Assembly: GCF_027921745.1 (NCBI RefSeq)
Contig: NC_079239.1
Location: 2,046,001-2,110,000, forward strand
Origin: Schizosaccharomyces osmophilus
Taxonomy: Eukaryota
Direction: 5' to 3'
Length of the DNA: 64,000 nt
Shown: positions 24,607 through 37,631 of the stretch, piece by piece
Numbering within the stretch: the first letter of the stretch is position 1
How the letters are laid out: each line of letters begins with the position of its first letter
The notes under the pieces: generated by a model
Told to the model about the DNA's origin: nothing
Databases searched by the model: none
Seen by the model: the letters and a program-made list of their open reading frames with translations, nothing else
Position numbers and translations under genes: made by a program

Positions 24607-26405
24607 TCACCAAGAAAACCAACGAATTAGGTAATGTTGATATTCGTTTAATACGTTTCGCATGGATTTACGAGGCAAGCCTTCGGCAATCCAAATCGTT
24701 TGTAGGGCATATCTTCCATTAAAGTACTTGACAACGGAAAGAAACAACGAGGCTAGTTCGGTGCTTTTCTCAAATGCTATAGCTTGGATCCATTTTTGTT
24801 CAAGTAAAGAAGCTGAATGAGGATCAATAATAAGGGATTCCCTCCCATCATCATGTCTCAACTGTTCTAGCAGCTGTGAATCTTGATCCTCAGAACTTTG
24901 TGATTCAATGTCTCCTTTAACTTTTTTCTTAATTTGAGGAGTCACGCAGACATATATATAGCTATTTTGTTCATAAACCCAATTACGTCGACACAACCAA
25001 GCTAGCATTTCCATGTAAGTTGATTCATGATCTTTGGAAGGTATGATAGAACCAAATGGTCGAGGTTTAAAAGATAGAATGGCCAAAAATGTAGGAAGGG
25101 AAGGAAGACTTGGGAATGTTCGTTTGAAGAGACCGGCATCCGACTTAAGTTTGGAAAGATCAGCCGTTGGGGACGTAACATAAGTATTTCGTATCAGAAG
25201 CGGAGGAATAGCTATAGCCTTTCTCCAATGTATGAGATGCTTTGCTAAAAGAAAGCACTCTGATAAAGAAATACCTAAAGAATTAGCGATATCAGTAAAC
25301 CTAGAGTGTTAGAATATTAAAAATAAAAAAACTGTCATATTTCTTACGTAGAAGTGGGTCTTGCTTCTGTTATAAATGAGGCTAATAAGGAGTTGCGCGA
25401 AAGGGGAAGGCGTTTCATGATAGATTCGAGATCTTGCAACAGAAGCAATGACCAGTAGGGTGCAACAAATGGCTCTATTAGAGAGGGTTCTTCCTCATTG
25501 AAGATAGTTTGAGACGCTAGAATTGTAGGAGAACGCTCTTGTAACTCTAATTTATCCAAACTTGAAACGGAAACAGTCATAGGCCAAAGCAAAGTAATAT
25601 TGATAGATTGGTTGATCTCCAAATAAGCAGTATGAAGGTGAATTAAGGCTTCATAAGTAGTCACTAAAATTGAAGCAAGGTTCGAATGCACAGGAATCTC
25701 CTGGCAAAAATCGTCAAAGGGGGTTTTTTTATTACTATACCTCTCAGTCATTTTTCTTATATTCTTGCATTCATTTTCCACATAGTTTCGTTTAGCTTGT
25801 TCGTATTTCAGACCTGTGACCAATTTGACCACTATAGATTCATACAATGTGTTAATTGTGGGTCGATAAATTGAAGCTGTAGGAATGTTTAACACGAATA
25901 CAACATGAAAAAGAGACATAGAAGAGGTTGACTTGTACTGATTAGGTTTTGACTCGGGCGTGTTAGCTGAAGCAGAGTTGGTCGAATCCTCCTTTAGTCC
26001 AGATGGATCTATCAAAGAAGAATCATCAACGTTTTTAGAAGGATTCTTGCGCTTTACCCATTCACCGGAAGGTCCAACATGAACAGGGCAACCTAAGAAT
26101 GTAAGACCATCCACCCACATTTCAAACTTTTGGTTGCATAACTCCGGACGTGGAGATAGCATATTTGCTAAAAACCCTTTTTCATATCCAAGTACATGAT
26201 TTTCATCTGCAGCGCCGTTGAATTCTTGACTGTCGTCATCCTCTATTTTTAATATATCCATGGCAATGCTAACATCTTCAGAGGACTTATGGGAGTCTTG
26301 AAAATGGACTTGCGGTTGTGGTGGCCATTGAAAGACAAAATTTGATCCAGAACTTGTTTTTTCAATCAGAAAGATTGCAACAATACGTGGAGTTAAGCGC
26401 ACCAT
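24607..26405 (-). CDS. npr3: GATOR1/SEACIT subunit Npr3; intron 25301-25347
   Basis: Longin-like N-terminus (IFLIEKTSSGSNFVFQWP), LCNQKFEMWVDGLTFLGCPVHV, LKYEQAKRNYV, HLIHWRKAIAIPPL and YFNGRY. Confidence 0.88.
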
Positions 26406-27276
26406 TGCTGAATCAAACGTTGTATAGGAATAATATATCACTCAATACCTTAATTTCCATAAAAAGAAACTTAATTGAAAGACTCTCTCTTCCTATTTTT
26501 TGCTATTCCCATAATTTACTTCGCAGAAATTATGGTGGTGAGTGTTTCCAAACCAGTCTGATTACCTAGTACAAAAAGAAAAAAAGCATGAACGACAAAG
26601 CTCTTTTAAAATGTATCAAGTTTCGCTTCGATTTACCTCAAAATACGTGCCTGTTCTAGAGGGTTGTTGTAATCCCTTAACAGTGTTGGTTTTAGTATTG
26701 TCCAGCAAGGTATCGCTCAAATCTTCAGCATGATTGATTTGTATGTTAAGTTATTATAGAATAGGAGATCCATTATAATCTAAAAGTATGTAATAAATAG
26801 ACAAGTATGCACTCTATATACTTGCTTCACCTGTGTTCAAAGCGCTTCAGACTTGCTTTTGCAGAACCAAATTCCTGATATTCATTCGTAAATACTATTG
26901 AAAGTAATAACTTGTGAAACAAGTAACCCAAGTGTCGCTATAAACCTGATATAACCAGTAGCGATCCCTGTAAATGAATTATTTTAGAAGCTGGATAGTA
27001 TAGACCAAAAAACCAAGTCTAGAGACAAAATAGATTTTTTCCCTCTTCTGTTCTATTTGAAATGACTTTTCCAGGTTAGGAAGCGACCTCTTATAACCAG
27101 CTCACAAGAATTCCTTCTTTGCACGATATAAAACTAAAGGTTAACTCTTCCTCTTAAAAACATTAACAACATTATTTCTTTGCTTTTTTGCTGTAATGGA
27201 ATCCCTGTTTTAAGTCTTGGTTCGTAGGATTACATCCTTCATCAATTCCAGTTCAGCACTTAAAGCACCAAGTTTT

Positions 27277-29514
27277 ATGAGCGACAAGGAATGTACAGTT
27301 TTTGTCATCGATTTGGGCGCTGACATGGGCGGCTGCCACCATGGCAGACAACGCACAGACCTAGAGTTGGCTTTGTCGTATTTTCAGGACCAAATCTCGC
27401 GCAAGGCAAGTAGGCATCATAATGCTTGATTTCTAACTCGGATTAGCTTTTGCTGAACAGGAAAACTGATGTAGTTGGAATTGTGACATTCAAATGCGAT
27501 GGTAAATGATTTTTTTCTCATGTTAACTGAATGCAATCTAATATCTGGTTTTAGAAACAAAAAATGACTTGGCGGAGCAAGAAGCTTACTGGAATATTAA
27601 TGTTATGTATCCAATTCAGACGTATGTTTTTTAATCCTTTCTATCCCTCTGTATGAATTGACAAATTAACTATTGTCAAGGTCGTTGTTCACAAAAATGC
27701 AATATGTGAAAAGCAGGCTCGTACCCAACAGAACAATGCAGGGAGATTTGATATCTGCAATTGTTGTGTCGTTTGATATTATCGCTCGATTTTGCAAAAA
27801 AAATAAATGGAAGAAAAACATGGTCGTCCTTACTGGCGCACGAGGGATTTTTGACTTTAGCGATTATTTGGGAATTGCTGAGCAAATGGTACAGCATGAA
27901 GTCCGATTAAGCTTACTAGGAATTGATTTTGACGATCCGAATACTCAGACTTTCGAGTATTCCAAAGACCCGGAGAAGAAAGAGAATGAGCGACAGTTGA
28001 GGCATTTTGTCGATAGCTGTAAAGGAACCGTCCTCGTCTTTCAGGATGTAGAAAAACGCATAGGAGAGCCCTTGGTACATCGGGTTCGACCTGTAAGTGT
28101 GTTTAAAGGATCACTAACCATCGGCAATGATGGCGAAAACGAAGCTTCTGTAACTATGCATGTAGAACGATATCCGAGGACACGTGCTACAAAACCTCCT
28201 ACTTCAAGTGCCTTTAATGCTGGTTCAAAGCTTCCAAAAGAGGATGAAAAGCAAGAGCAATTCTCATCTTCGCAGGAAAAGCCATGGGAATCTAATGCTA
28301 TATCAACGGTTCGCTCATACGTCGTCCGAGATTCTCAAACAAATGAGGTTTTTGAAGTGGATAGAAAGGATTTGGAAAGTGGTTACAGCTACGGACGCAC
28401 AATTGTGCCTATAAGTCGTTCCGACGAAGATATTTTAGCATTGGAGACAAAAGCAGGTTACGAAGTTATGGGATTTATACCCAAAGCAAGTCTTCCATGC
28501 TATTATACCATTAGTGAATCAAATATCATTATTCCTAGAGGAGATGAAACGAATAAACAAAGATTCTCCTCTTTTGTGCAATCTTTAGAACGCGAACATA
28601 GATATGCATTGGCGAGGTATGTTCCGAAAGAAAGAGGCTCACCAATTTTACTTGTTCTTATGCCTTATGTTGAATCGAAGAAACACTATCTAGTAGATGT
28701 TCAGTTGCCCTTTGCAGAGGACGTACGGCCATATCAATTTCCAGACCTTGAAGAACTGTCTGACCCTCAAGAGAAGCAACGACTAGATGAAGCTATGAAC
28801 CACTACGTTGACAACATGGACTTAGACTCTTCCGAATGCCCTTTTCAACCAAAGTTTGAGCCAGAAAATACGTATAGCGCTGTACCCCATCGACTGTTTC
28901 AAGTAATAACCCATTACGCTGAGTTTCCAAACGAAAAATTACCATCTCCACCGGAATATGTAGTTCGTTATACTAATCCTCCGGCGAATATGCTTGATAA
29001 TTGCTCTAAGGACTTGGATGTTATTTCTGAAACATTGTCTGTTATACAGCCCTCGGAACCCAAATATGCTTCACAGGAAACAGCATTGGATAGCGGCGCC
29101 CCTATATCTGAGCAAGAGATTGATGAGCTATTAAATGCCGGTATTGATGAACAGGAAGAAAAAGCATTGATTTTACATGTTAGTGAAAAGGACCCTGTGG
29201 GAACATTTACGGAAATTCTGAAAAATCCATTTGGGCTGGAAGATGCTCTTTCTGAAATGGAGGGCGTCATACGAAGGCTAGTTGCAAAGGAAGAAAATAA
29301 TTTAGCATTACTGTCTTTACAAGCCTTGCGTGTTCATTCAATTTTAGAGGATGAAGCAGATCGCTATAATAAGTATATTAAACGATTACAAACAGATGTA
29401 TCAGAAGGCGTCTTGCCAAGGAACGATGATGCTTTGTCTAGGATTACTTCAGATCTCGCTCCAATTCAGCATGAGGAGCTAATGAAGGCTCGTCCTCCTG
29501 AATCAAGTGAATGA
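27277..29514 (+). CDS. pku80: Ku80; introns 27406-27446 (GC-AG), 27502-27554, 27622-27680
   Basis: Spliced N-terminus MSDKECTVFVIDLG...RKLLLNRKTDVVGIV (vWA domain); Ku core GYSYGRTIVPIS and QLPFAEDVRPYQF. Confidence 0.93.
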
Positions 29515-29988
29515 AACGATTGATGCTATTCTAGCTTCCTTTTCGTTCAGCTAGAAAAAAAAATGAATCGGATGAATAGTTTATTTGTTTATTTAATTAA
29601 TGTATTTGAAGATTCAAACGTAAAGCATTTCGAAGTGTTAAATGTAGAATCGTCGTACGAAAAAAAAGTATGCAAAACATGTTGCAACTCGAATCCGTTC
29701 CATAAGTATTGCTTATTTTTAGAGCTATTCACACTATCGAGTTAAAAAGGTACTCTATTTGAAGGACTATTAAATTTGTTTGAATGAATTGTTTATTACC
29801 GTAGAAACGTTGTACTACGGTATACAAAGGATTGGAAAATTTGACAAATGTAGAATTTGTGTACTCCACAACGATTTTTGCCAATTTCACCGGCTTTGGC
29901 GAAAACAAAGAAGGCGGTACTTTTTCAGCTAATCTTCTCCGTAGAGTGATTTACTGAGGGTAGTTTGGTGTTAATAGATACTAGCAAA

Positions 29989-31422
29989 ATGACAGAAGTG
30001 GAAAGCAAGCATGTTGAAACATCAATGAGTGATAAAGCAACTGCGGAGCAAATCGCAGAAGAGCAAAAGGCATTGGGAAATGATTTTTATCGAAAGAAGA
30101 ATTTTAGTGAAGCAATTAAGGCTTACACCTCTGCTATCGAGCTTGGAACGGGTACCGCCAAAGGTGTCTACTATTCGAATAGAGCAGCAGCTTACATGCT
30201 CATGGGAGAGTTTGAATTGGCATTAAGTGATGCCAAGCAATCTGACCGTTATAATGGTAATGTCCCCAAAACGCAGGCTCGTATTCGCCAAGCTTTGGAA
30301 GGATTATCCGTACTTAATGAAGCTGAGGTTTACTTGAAAAACAAGCAAGGTGGTTTAGCACTTAATGCTTTGGACCGCTTACATCGCCGTCTCGATAGTG
30401 CCGCCAAGCCCCCAGCATTATGGTCGTACTTGGAAGCCCGTGTGTATATTTGTCAAAATGATTTGAGTCAAGCGCAGAAGATTGCCCTAGGATTCCTTCG
30501 CGAGAACCCTAGAAATGTAGAGGCTCTAGTTTTGCGTGGTCAGGTTCTTTACTACTCAGGAGAAAATGCCAAGGCAGTTACTCATTTTCAAGAAGCGCTG
30601 AAGTTAGATCCTGATTGTGCTTCGGCTAAGACATTTTTCAAACGCGTTCGTTCACTTGAAAACACCAAATCCCAAGGTAATGATGCGTTTAAGCAAGGTA
30701 AACTTGATGAAGCTTACGAGCTGTATTCTAAAGCCCTTGGCATTGACGGGGAAAATAAATTTACAAACGCCAAACTGTACATGAACCGTGCCACTGTGCT
30801 TTTGAAGTTGAAAAAGCCAGAGGAGGCTCTTAAGGACAGTGATAATGCTTTAGAGATTGATTCTGGTTACGTTAAGGGTCTCAAGACTCGTGCCAAAGCT
30901 CACGAGGCTTTAGAGCAATGGGAGGATGCTGTACAGGACATCCAAAGTGCGATTAATTTGGATGCAGGCGACTCTTCTTTGCGTCAAGAGCTCCATCGTC
31001 TGCAACTAGAATTTAAAAAGTCACAACGTAAAGATCACTATAAGATTCTAGGTGTGTCTAAGGAGGCTTCGGATACTGAAATTAAGAAGGCTTATCGGAA
31101 AATGGCACTTGTTTATCACCCCGATAAGAATGCTGGTGATGAGAAGGCTGAAGCTAAATTCAAAGAAGTTGGTGAAGCTTATGGCATTTTATCTGATCCC
31201 GAAAGCAGACGCCGCTATGACTCTGGTGCTGACCTAGAAGGTGGTATGGGTGCAGAAAGCGCTGGTATGGACCCCTTTGACATCCTTCGTGCATACCAAG
31301 GTGGAGGTGGTTTCCCTGGCGGTGGCTTCCACAGTGGTGGAGGCTTCCCTGGCGGCGGCGGCTTCTATTCTCAAGGATTTAGCTCTGGAGGCTACCCGGG
31401 CTTTAGCAATTTCCAATTCTAA
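29989..31422 (+). CDS. TPR + J-domain co-chaperone (DNAJC7/Tpr2 family)
   Basis: Multiple TPRs (GNDFY...YYSNRAAAY), J domain with HPD, G/F-rich tail. First ATG at 29989. Confidence 0.92.
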   Translation: MTEVESKHVETSMSDKATAEQIAEEQKALGNDFYRKKNFSEAIKAYTSAIELGTGTAKGVYYSNRAAAYMLMGEFELALSDAKQSDRYNGNVPKTQARIRQALEGLSVLNEAEVYLKNKQGGLALNALDRLHRRLDSAAKPPALWSYLEARVYICQNDLSQAQKIALGFLRENPRNVEALVLRGQVLYYSGENAKAVTHFQEALKLDPDCASAKTFFKRVRSLENTKSQGNDAFKQGKLDEAYELYSKALGIDGENKFTNAKLYMNRATVLLKLKKPEEALKDSDNALEIDSGYVKGLKTRAKAHEALEQWEDAVQDIQSAINLDAGDSSLRQELHRLQLEFKKSQRKDHYKILGVSKEASDTEIKKAYRKMALVYHPDKNAGDEKAEAKFKEVGEAYGILSDPESRRRYDSGADLEGGMGAESAGMDPFDILRAYQGGGGFPGGGFHSGGGFPGGGGFYSQGFSSGGYPGFSNFQF

Positions 31423-31928
31423 AATAAATTGTGATCTTGAAATGCGGTTAAATCGCATTTACATATACCATTTGATGATTCCATCTTTTTTGAACTTACC
31501 TGTTTTGTTTCAACAGAATCTTTCACCTTGTCTTGTCTTTTAATGAAATACTAAATCAAGAACGCATTGAAATTGTTAACAAAAAGTTTTTAGCGTTCAC
31601 GTCTTTTGGTGTTTTCATCCTGCAAGGATCCTTTCAGGCATTTGTTTTGCTTTCCTTTATCGTTTCGCATTTTCTGCGTTTGTATAATTACATACAGTTT
31701 AGTTACTTGTATATATAATAAAAGGTTATTGGAATAAACGTAAAATGCTTTTTCAATTTCGTGCACACCAGGTATTGTTTTGTTGATTAGCGTATTTCGT
31801 AATATCGATTCCAAAATTTGTTCGGATACGTTACTTCACATGGAGCAAAGCAGCAGTATAATGGCACGCGTTTTGTTCTTTCACAAACACTAGTTTTTCA
31901 AGAATCGTCGTGTACTTTTGGTAAAAAA

Positions 31929-33302
31929 ATGCGAACGGCTAAGAAAACATCTAAAAAGGGAGTTCCCTTCAATTTGCTCGTCGTTGGAGATGCTGGTTTG
32001 GGTAGGACGGCTTTTGTGAACACTTTATGTGAAAAACCATTGATTAGAAAAGACAATACCAACTTTGATCCTTCATTGGCGGCTTCAATGTCTCCAGTGG
32101 AAGTCGTTCCCTATCAGACTGGTAAGTTTGAAAGCAAAAGCGACTCTTGGATAGAGACTTTATGACAAGTAAAGAAACGGGAGCTTGTAAAAGATGTGTT
32201 TTATAAGAAAAGTGATAAATAATGAAGGCTAAATTTATTAGTAAAACATACTCCGCATATATCTTGGCTTTCAAGAGACTTTTGCTTTCTTGATCTCGCG
32301 TCGTTTCGTGAACATGTTTATTGACGATTTCTAGATATTGTATTGGAGGATGGATATAGAATCAGCTTGACAGTTCTTGACACTCCTCATTTTAATGAAG
32401 CTATCGATAATGAAAATAATTTTGATATTATTCTTCAATACCTTGAAAGTCAATACGACAATGTCTTGGAAGAAGAAACACGGATTAAGAGAAACGCCAA
32501 GTTTAGTGATGAAGTATGTCTATTACTAGTATCTTGTCAAACTTACAATTTTTAGCGCGTTCATGCTCTCATTTATTTTATCTCCCCTACAGGCCATGGC
32601 CTTAGAGAATTAGATATCGAATTGATGAAGCGACTTGCACCTCGGGTAAATGTGATTCCTGTGATTGCAAAGGCAGATTCTTTGACAGCTGAAGAACTTA
32701 AAGCAACAAAGCAAATGATCCTTGACGATATTGCATATTATCATATTCCTGTGTATAACTTTCCTTATGATGAAGAAGAAGATGAAGAGTCCCTGGTTTC
32801 TTTGAGCAAGAGTTTGCGTTCGAAAATGCCTTTTGCAATAGTCAGTTCCGATCGCTTGATTGAAATTGGTGGGAACACAATCCGTGGACGTGCCTACCCT
32901 TGGGGTGTAGTCGATGTCGACAATCCTTCTCATTCAGACTTTTTAGCTTTGCGTTCTGCCATTTTTTCCACTCACTTAGAAGACTTGCAGTCGATCACCA
33001 ACAACCAGCTGTACGAATCATATCGTACCGAAAAACTGTCTGCCTCGCATCTGGCAATGGATAGTTCTTATAGTGATCCTAGTTCCGGTGGTAATCAGCA
33101 AGACCAAGTTTTGCGAGAAGATAGATTACGGGCAATTGAATTGTCCGTGCAACGTGAAATAGAAGAGAAACGGCGCCAGTTATTAGCACGCGAAGAAGCA
33201 CTGAGAGCTTTGGAAGAGAAGATTGCTGCCTCTACTGCAGCAATGGCAAACACAAGCGTTTCGACTCTTCCTTCCGCTGACAATTCTGCTTCTCAATCCT
33301 GA
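31929..33302 (+). CDS. spn3: Septin Spn3 (Cdc11 group); introns 32122-32334 and 32514-32555
   Basis: Degenerate P-loop GDAGLGRT, LDTPHF, AKAD, septin unique element GRAYPWG and a C-terminal coiled coil. Confidence 0.92.
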
Positions 33303-33675
33303 ATTAGTTAATCATCATCATCAATTCTGGATCTTCTTTAATGTAACTCTTTCCTTACTATTACTACTTACTTTCTTTGAAATCTATGTCTACCAGATAT
33401 TACATATCATCAAATTATCTGAATGGAATCTTTATGAACTTGAATTCAATATATATACTTTTTTTGACAAAATAGTCAAAGGCTGTTGCTTGCAAACCAA
33501 AAACAAATGCACATAGAGTACCAATGTAAGCGTCAATTATAAAGGTTGTTAGTTAATATACTTTAACACCTTCCATTGGGTACCATCCTCTCGTCCAACG
33601 AAATGTGTTGACAAAGAGTTCATAAAAAGGCATAAGCTCTACACAAAGTAGATAGCAAAGAAAGACGACATGCGC

Positions 33676-34782
33676 TTAACCGACCGTGACAATTACGTTT
33701 CCTTGGGAGCGGTGACTAGCCACGCGTTCGAAGGCATCAAGAGCATGGTCGAAACTGTAAACGCTATCAATAACGGTCTCTATTTTATTTGTAGCGATAA
33801 AACCAGAAAACGCTTTAATTGTTTCCGGCTTCGCTTGCTCAAGAAAATCATGGTAAGCATGGGAGCTACCGCCAAATAATTTAGGTCTTAGTTTGCGGGA
33901 TATAACACTACCCATATATCCCAGAGAAATATCACTTGCGATACCGTAAAAAGCCCCTCCGTGCTTCAAAAATTTGGAGGCTGCGTTGTACAGACCATTG
34001 TCATTAATCAGGTCAAAAACGTAATCGTAGGGACCGGTCTCAGCCAGCCTGGCAACAACGTCGTCGACCTTGTAATCAATCGCATGAGTAGCTCCTAAAG
34101 ACTTGCACAATTGTAAATTTGTTGTTGAGCTAATGCTGGTTACTTCCACGCCGAGGGCTTTTGCAATTTGAATAGCAAAAGTTCCGACACCACCACTACC
34201 TCCAAGAATGACTACCTTTTGTCCAGGTTTAACGTGCATGTGTTCGACCAAGCCCTCCCAAGCAGTGAGACCGGCAGTGCCAAAAGCGGCAGCATCATTG
34301 AAGCTAATGGAATCAGGTATAGTATGTAAACAATTAACACCAGTAAGAACTTGATTCGTGAGTGTTCCTCCTCTATTCTTTTGGAGGGCTAAGGACTGTT
34401 TCCCCCAAACACGATCGCCTACTTTCAAGCCGGTAACGCTGGTGCCTGTACTAACGACCTTTCCAGCAAAGTCGAAGCCAGGAATGACAGGCGGTTTTTG
34501 CATTGCCTTATGTACTAATTGGTATGTTCGCATAAGTTTGTAATCAACCGGATTAACGCTCACAGCCACGACATCGACAATAACATCGTCAGGTTTTAGA
34601 TATTCATTTCTAAAACCGGGAAACCCATTGACAAGCCTAAGAACTTTCTGTGGTTCTCCGGGACTACTGTAGACCCAAGCTTTTCTTGTAAGGGTCTCTC
34701 CATATCTTTCACTAGCTAGGGATACTGGATAGATGGTCAGTTACAATAGTAAATAAGAGCTGGGGAACTTACTAGGATACAT
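33676..34782 (-). CDS. MDR/quinone oxidoreductase-like NAD(P)-dependent dehydrogenase (Yim1/RTN4IP1-like), copy A; 10-nt first exon 34773-34782, intron 34725-34772
   Basis: ATGTATCCTA|GTAAGT...CTGAC...CAG gives in-frame MYPISLASERYGETLTRKAWVY. Motifs NPVDYK, PGFDFAG and LGGSGGVG. Confidence 0.85.
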
Positions 34783-34884
34783 TATCAGTTTATATTTTCT
34801 ATAAAGAATTTGGTTTGTATAGGAAGTTCATGTTCACTTAAATGTATCATGCTGCAGAATGATGAACTCATACTGATATATGAT

Positions 34885-34892
34885 TGACGTCA
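34885..34892. promoter_or_regulatory. CRE (Atf1/Pcr1-type) site
   Basis: Perfect TGACGTCA about 100 nt upstream of the copy A ATG. Confidence 0.5.
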
Positions 34893-36075
34893 AAAAGTCG
34901 CATCATTATACCCGGTTTGTTTATATTATATTTACCGCTTAAGTGGAATGTCAAAAGGCGGATCTTCATATAATGAGGATGTGTTTTGAGCGAGAATAAA
35001 AATTACGCTTATACGACTTTTTAATGAAGAAACAATTGCATTCTCAATATGATTGTTTGCTTTTATACGTGTGCCATGTCCATTTGTGTTGATTTGTATC
35101 CATATATATTACTTTATATAACATAATCCTAACCAGTATATTGTTGTATGAATTAATATAAACATAGAAAACGATGGATTTTTGTGGTAAGATCCATTGA
35201 ATACAAATGGCTATTTTTCGAACAAGTGTTCTTTTCCTTTCTTTTTTGAATAGTAATATCAAAATAACTATTTCCAGAAAAAATCTTCAGTTAGCAAGAA
35301 TTTGCTGGTAGAGTTAATAAACTGCTTAGTATCGCGAAACTGTTCTCAATTATGTATGTCTTTAAAAATTCAGTAACGAATTGAATACTATTCTTTCAGA
35401 ATTTACCACAATATTCCACGCACTTTGTCAAATTGTACTGACTATTTTGCCGTGGCAATGTAATTGTAGATAATATAAAGCTGAACGCTCAAGTAACTTA
35501 TATTACAAAAAGTAAACAAGAAATGGAATTTAGGAGGTAAGTAGACTAGACGCTTCCCAGAATGGATATCTTTCAAATAAAGCGTTCTTAGAGCATAAAA
35601 TAGTGGATGGAGTCTATTATATCGCAAAGATGTGCAAATTACCAACTTACAATCGGAAGCTTGGAAGATGTGATGATGACTCTAGCTTTTCATTCTTTGT
35701 GGAACTAGTTGGGTCCCTTGATGTTAAGATTTGATTCAAATAGACACATAGACAACATGTTCTTATACAGTGCAACGTCTGTTTGTGAAAATACAGTATG
35801 AAAAAAAAAGTTGTTGGATAGCTGCATTCATGTAGCTGCTTGAAGAGATATGCAATCTCAACGTATTTACAGCCTGAATTATACAGAAGTATTTCCTAAT
35901 TCATTGTTGAAGTTTACGTCTTCAATTATACTATATATGACTATCCTTCTTGAGCATACTTAAAGTAATCATATCAACATTGGTATTCATTTATGCAGTG
36001 CTATCATAATAATAAAAATCAAAACAATTTGTCGTCATATGCTCATAAAACAAAATAAGGAAAACGATAAAACAC

Positions 36076-37113
36076 TTAATCCATCTTAACGATAATCTTT
36101 CCCTTAGCACGATGAGAAGTCAACCGATCAAAAGCAGCAAGGGCATGGTCGAAATTGTAAAGGCTATCAGTAACGGTTTTAATTCCGTTTTCGCTAACAA
36201 ACTCGGCAAACTCTTTAATAGTTTTCGGTTCCGCCTTAAGCAAATAATTATGGTAAGCATGGGAGCTGCCACCCAAAACTTTGGGTCTCAATTTGCGTGA
36301 TATAGCGCTACCCATATAACCCAGAGAAACATCACCTGCAATACCGTAAAAAGCGCCATCCGGCTTCAAAAATTTAGAGGATGCGTTGTACAGACCATTG
36401 TCATTAATCAAGTCAAAAACGTAATCGTAGGGACCGGTCTCACCTAACCTGGCAACGACGTCTTCGGACTTGTAATCAATCGTATGAGTAGCTCCTAAAG
36501 ACTTGCACAATTGTAAATTTGTTGTTGAGCTAATGCTGGTCACTTCCACGCCGAGGGCTTTTGCAATTTGAATAGCAAAAGTTCCTACACCACCGCTACC
36601 TCCAAGGATGACTACCCTTTGTCCAGGCTTAACGTGCATGGCTTCGACCAAGCCCTCCCAAGCAGTGATGCCAGCGACGCCAAAGCCAGCAGCATCATTG
36701 AAGCTAATCGAGTCAGGAAGAGGATATACGCATTTGGTATCAGTAAGAATCCGAGTCGTGAGTGTTCCTCCTTGGGAACGGTAACGGGCTACGGCCTGTT
36801 TTCCCCAAACATGATCACCTACTTTCAAACCCCTAACGTCAGGACCCGTAGCCACGATCTTTCCTGCAAAGTCAAGGCCAGGAATGACAGGAAATTTAAA
36901 CATAAGCTTGAGCAACATTTTATATGTTTGCATGAGCTTGTAATCAATGGGATTGATGCTCATAGCTACAACATCTACCAGAATGTCGTCAGGCTTAAAA
37001 TCTTCGCTGGTTTCGCTTGGGAACTCTTTATCAAGTTTAAGGACATCTCGGACTGGTCCACTGGTGTTATAAACCCAAGCGGCTTTAGTGGCTGTCTTGT
37101 CAATTGACTCCAT
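36076..37113 (-). CDS. MDR/quinone oxidoreductase-like dehydrogenase, copy B (tandem paralog, no intron seen)
   Basis: MESIDKTATKAAWVY...NPIDYK...PGLDFAG...LGGSGGVG...HRAKGKIIV; clearly homologous to copy A. Confidence 0.9.
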   Translation of the reverse strand: MESIDKTATKAAWVYNTSGPVRDVLKLDKEFPSETSEDFKPDDILVDVVAMSINPIDYKLMQTYKMLLKLMFKFPVIPGLDFAGKIVATGPDVRGLKVGDHVWGKQAVARYRSQGGTLTTRILTDTKCVYPLPDSISFNDAAGFGVAGITAWEGLVEAMHVKPGQRVVILGGSGGVGTFAIQIAKALGVEVTSISSTTNLQLCKSLGATHTIDYKSEDVVARLGETGPYDYVFDLINDNGLYNASSKFLKPDGAFYGIAGDVSLGYMGSAISRKLRPKVLGGSSHAYHNYLLKAEPKTIKEFAEFVSENGIKTVTDSLYNFDHALAAFDRLTSHRAKGKIIVKMD

Positions 37114-37631
37114 GTTTCCAATTATCAAGAAATTTAATTATTGCTAAACAAAAACGTTTACACTTGCTTTTGCTTTAGAAATATCACTAGGTAAATTATG
37201 GAGAAGAGAGGAGTTATAAAGAAAAAATACAAAGGTATGGTTCTAGGAAAAATAAAAAGTTGTCATCATCGCCTTAATTATTAGAGGTGAAGTAAGGCTG
37301 ATATCACTGACACTTAAATACGGTAGGCAAAAAGAACAGGGTCAAAATTATGAGAATAATTAAACAAAATATAAATAAATAGACGGATAAATAGAACGAA
37401 AGAAGAATATGTAGGACGCAAAAGATTCAGCATAAAGTGCGCCACTTTTTTTTTGGCTTCAAAAGATTGTCTGGTAGAGATTAGAGAATATTGAAACTAT
37501 AGCAACTCTTTCAAAAAGTAAAATAGTATCATTGCTAAAAGTATGGCAATTCGCACCAGTGACTTTAGTAGGTTAATGATTCACCACGATATATGCATTC
37601 AACCAAAAGAGGATTTTCATAATTTCTGGCT

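Noticed and set aside
26921..26933. AAGTAACCCAAGT, resembling 1.5 copies of a GGGTTACTT-type telomere repeat or a telomerase template, upstream of pku80
   Set aside because: It is a single 13-mer. The intergenic gap (about 870 nt) is short for a fission-yeast TER1, I found no Sm site plus 5' splice site end, and TER1 is recalled at a different syntenic locus.
31301..31365. Repeated GGxGGCTTC units
   Set aside because: They encode the ordinary G/F-rich tail of the J-domain protein.
36568..37107. 179-aa plus-strand ORF
   Set aside because: It is antisense to oxidoreductase copy B and not preserved at this length opposite copy A.
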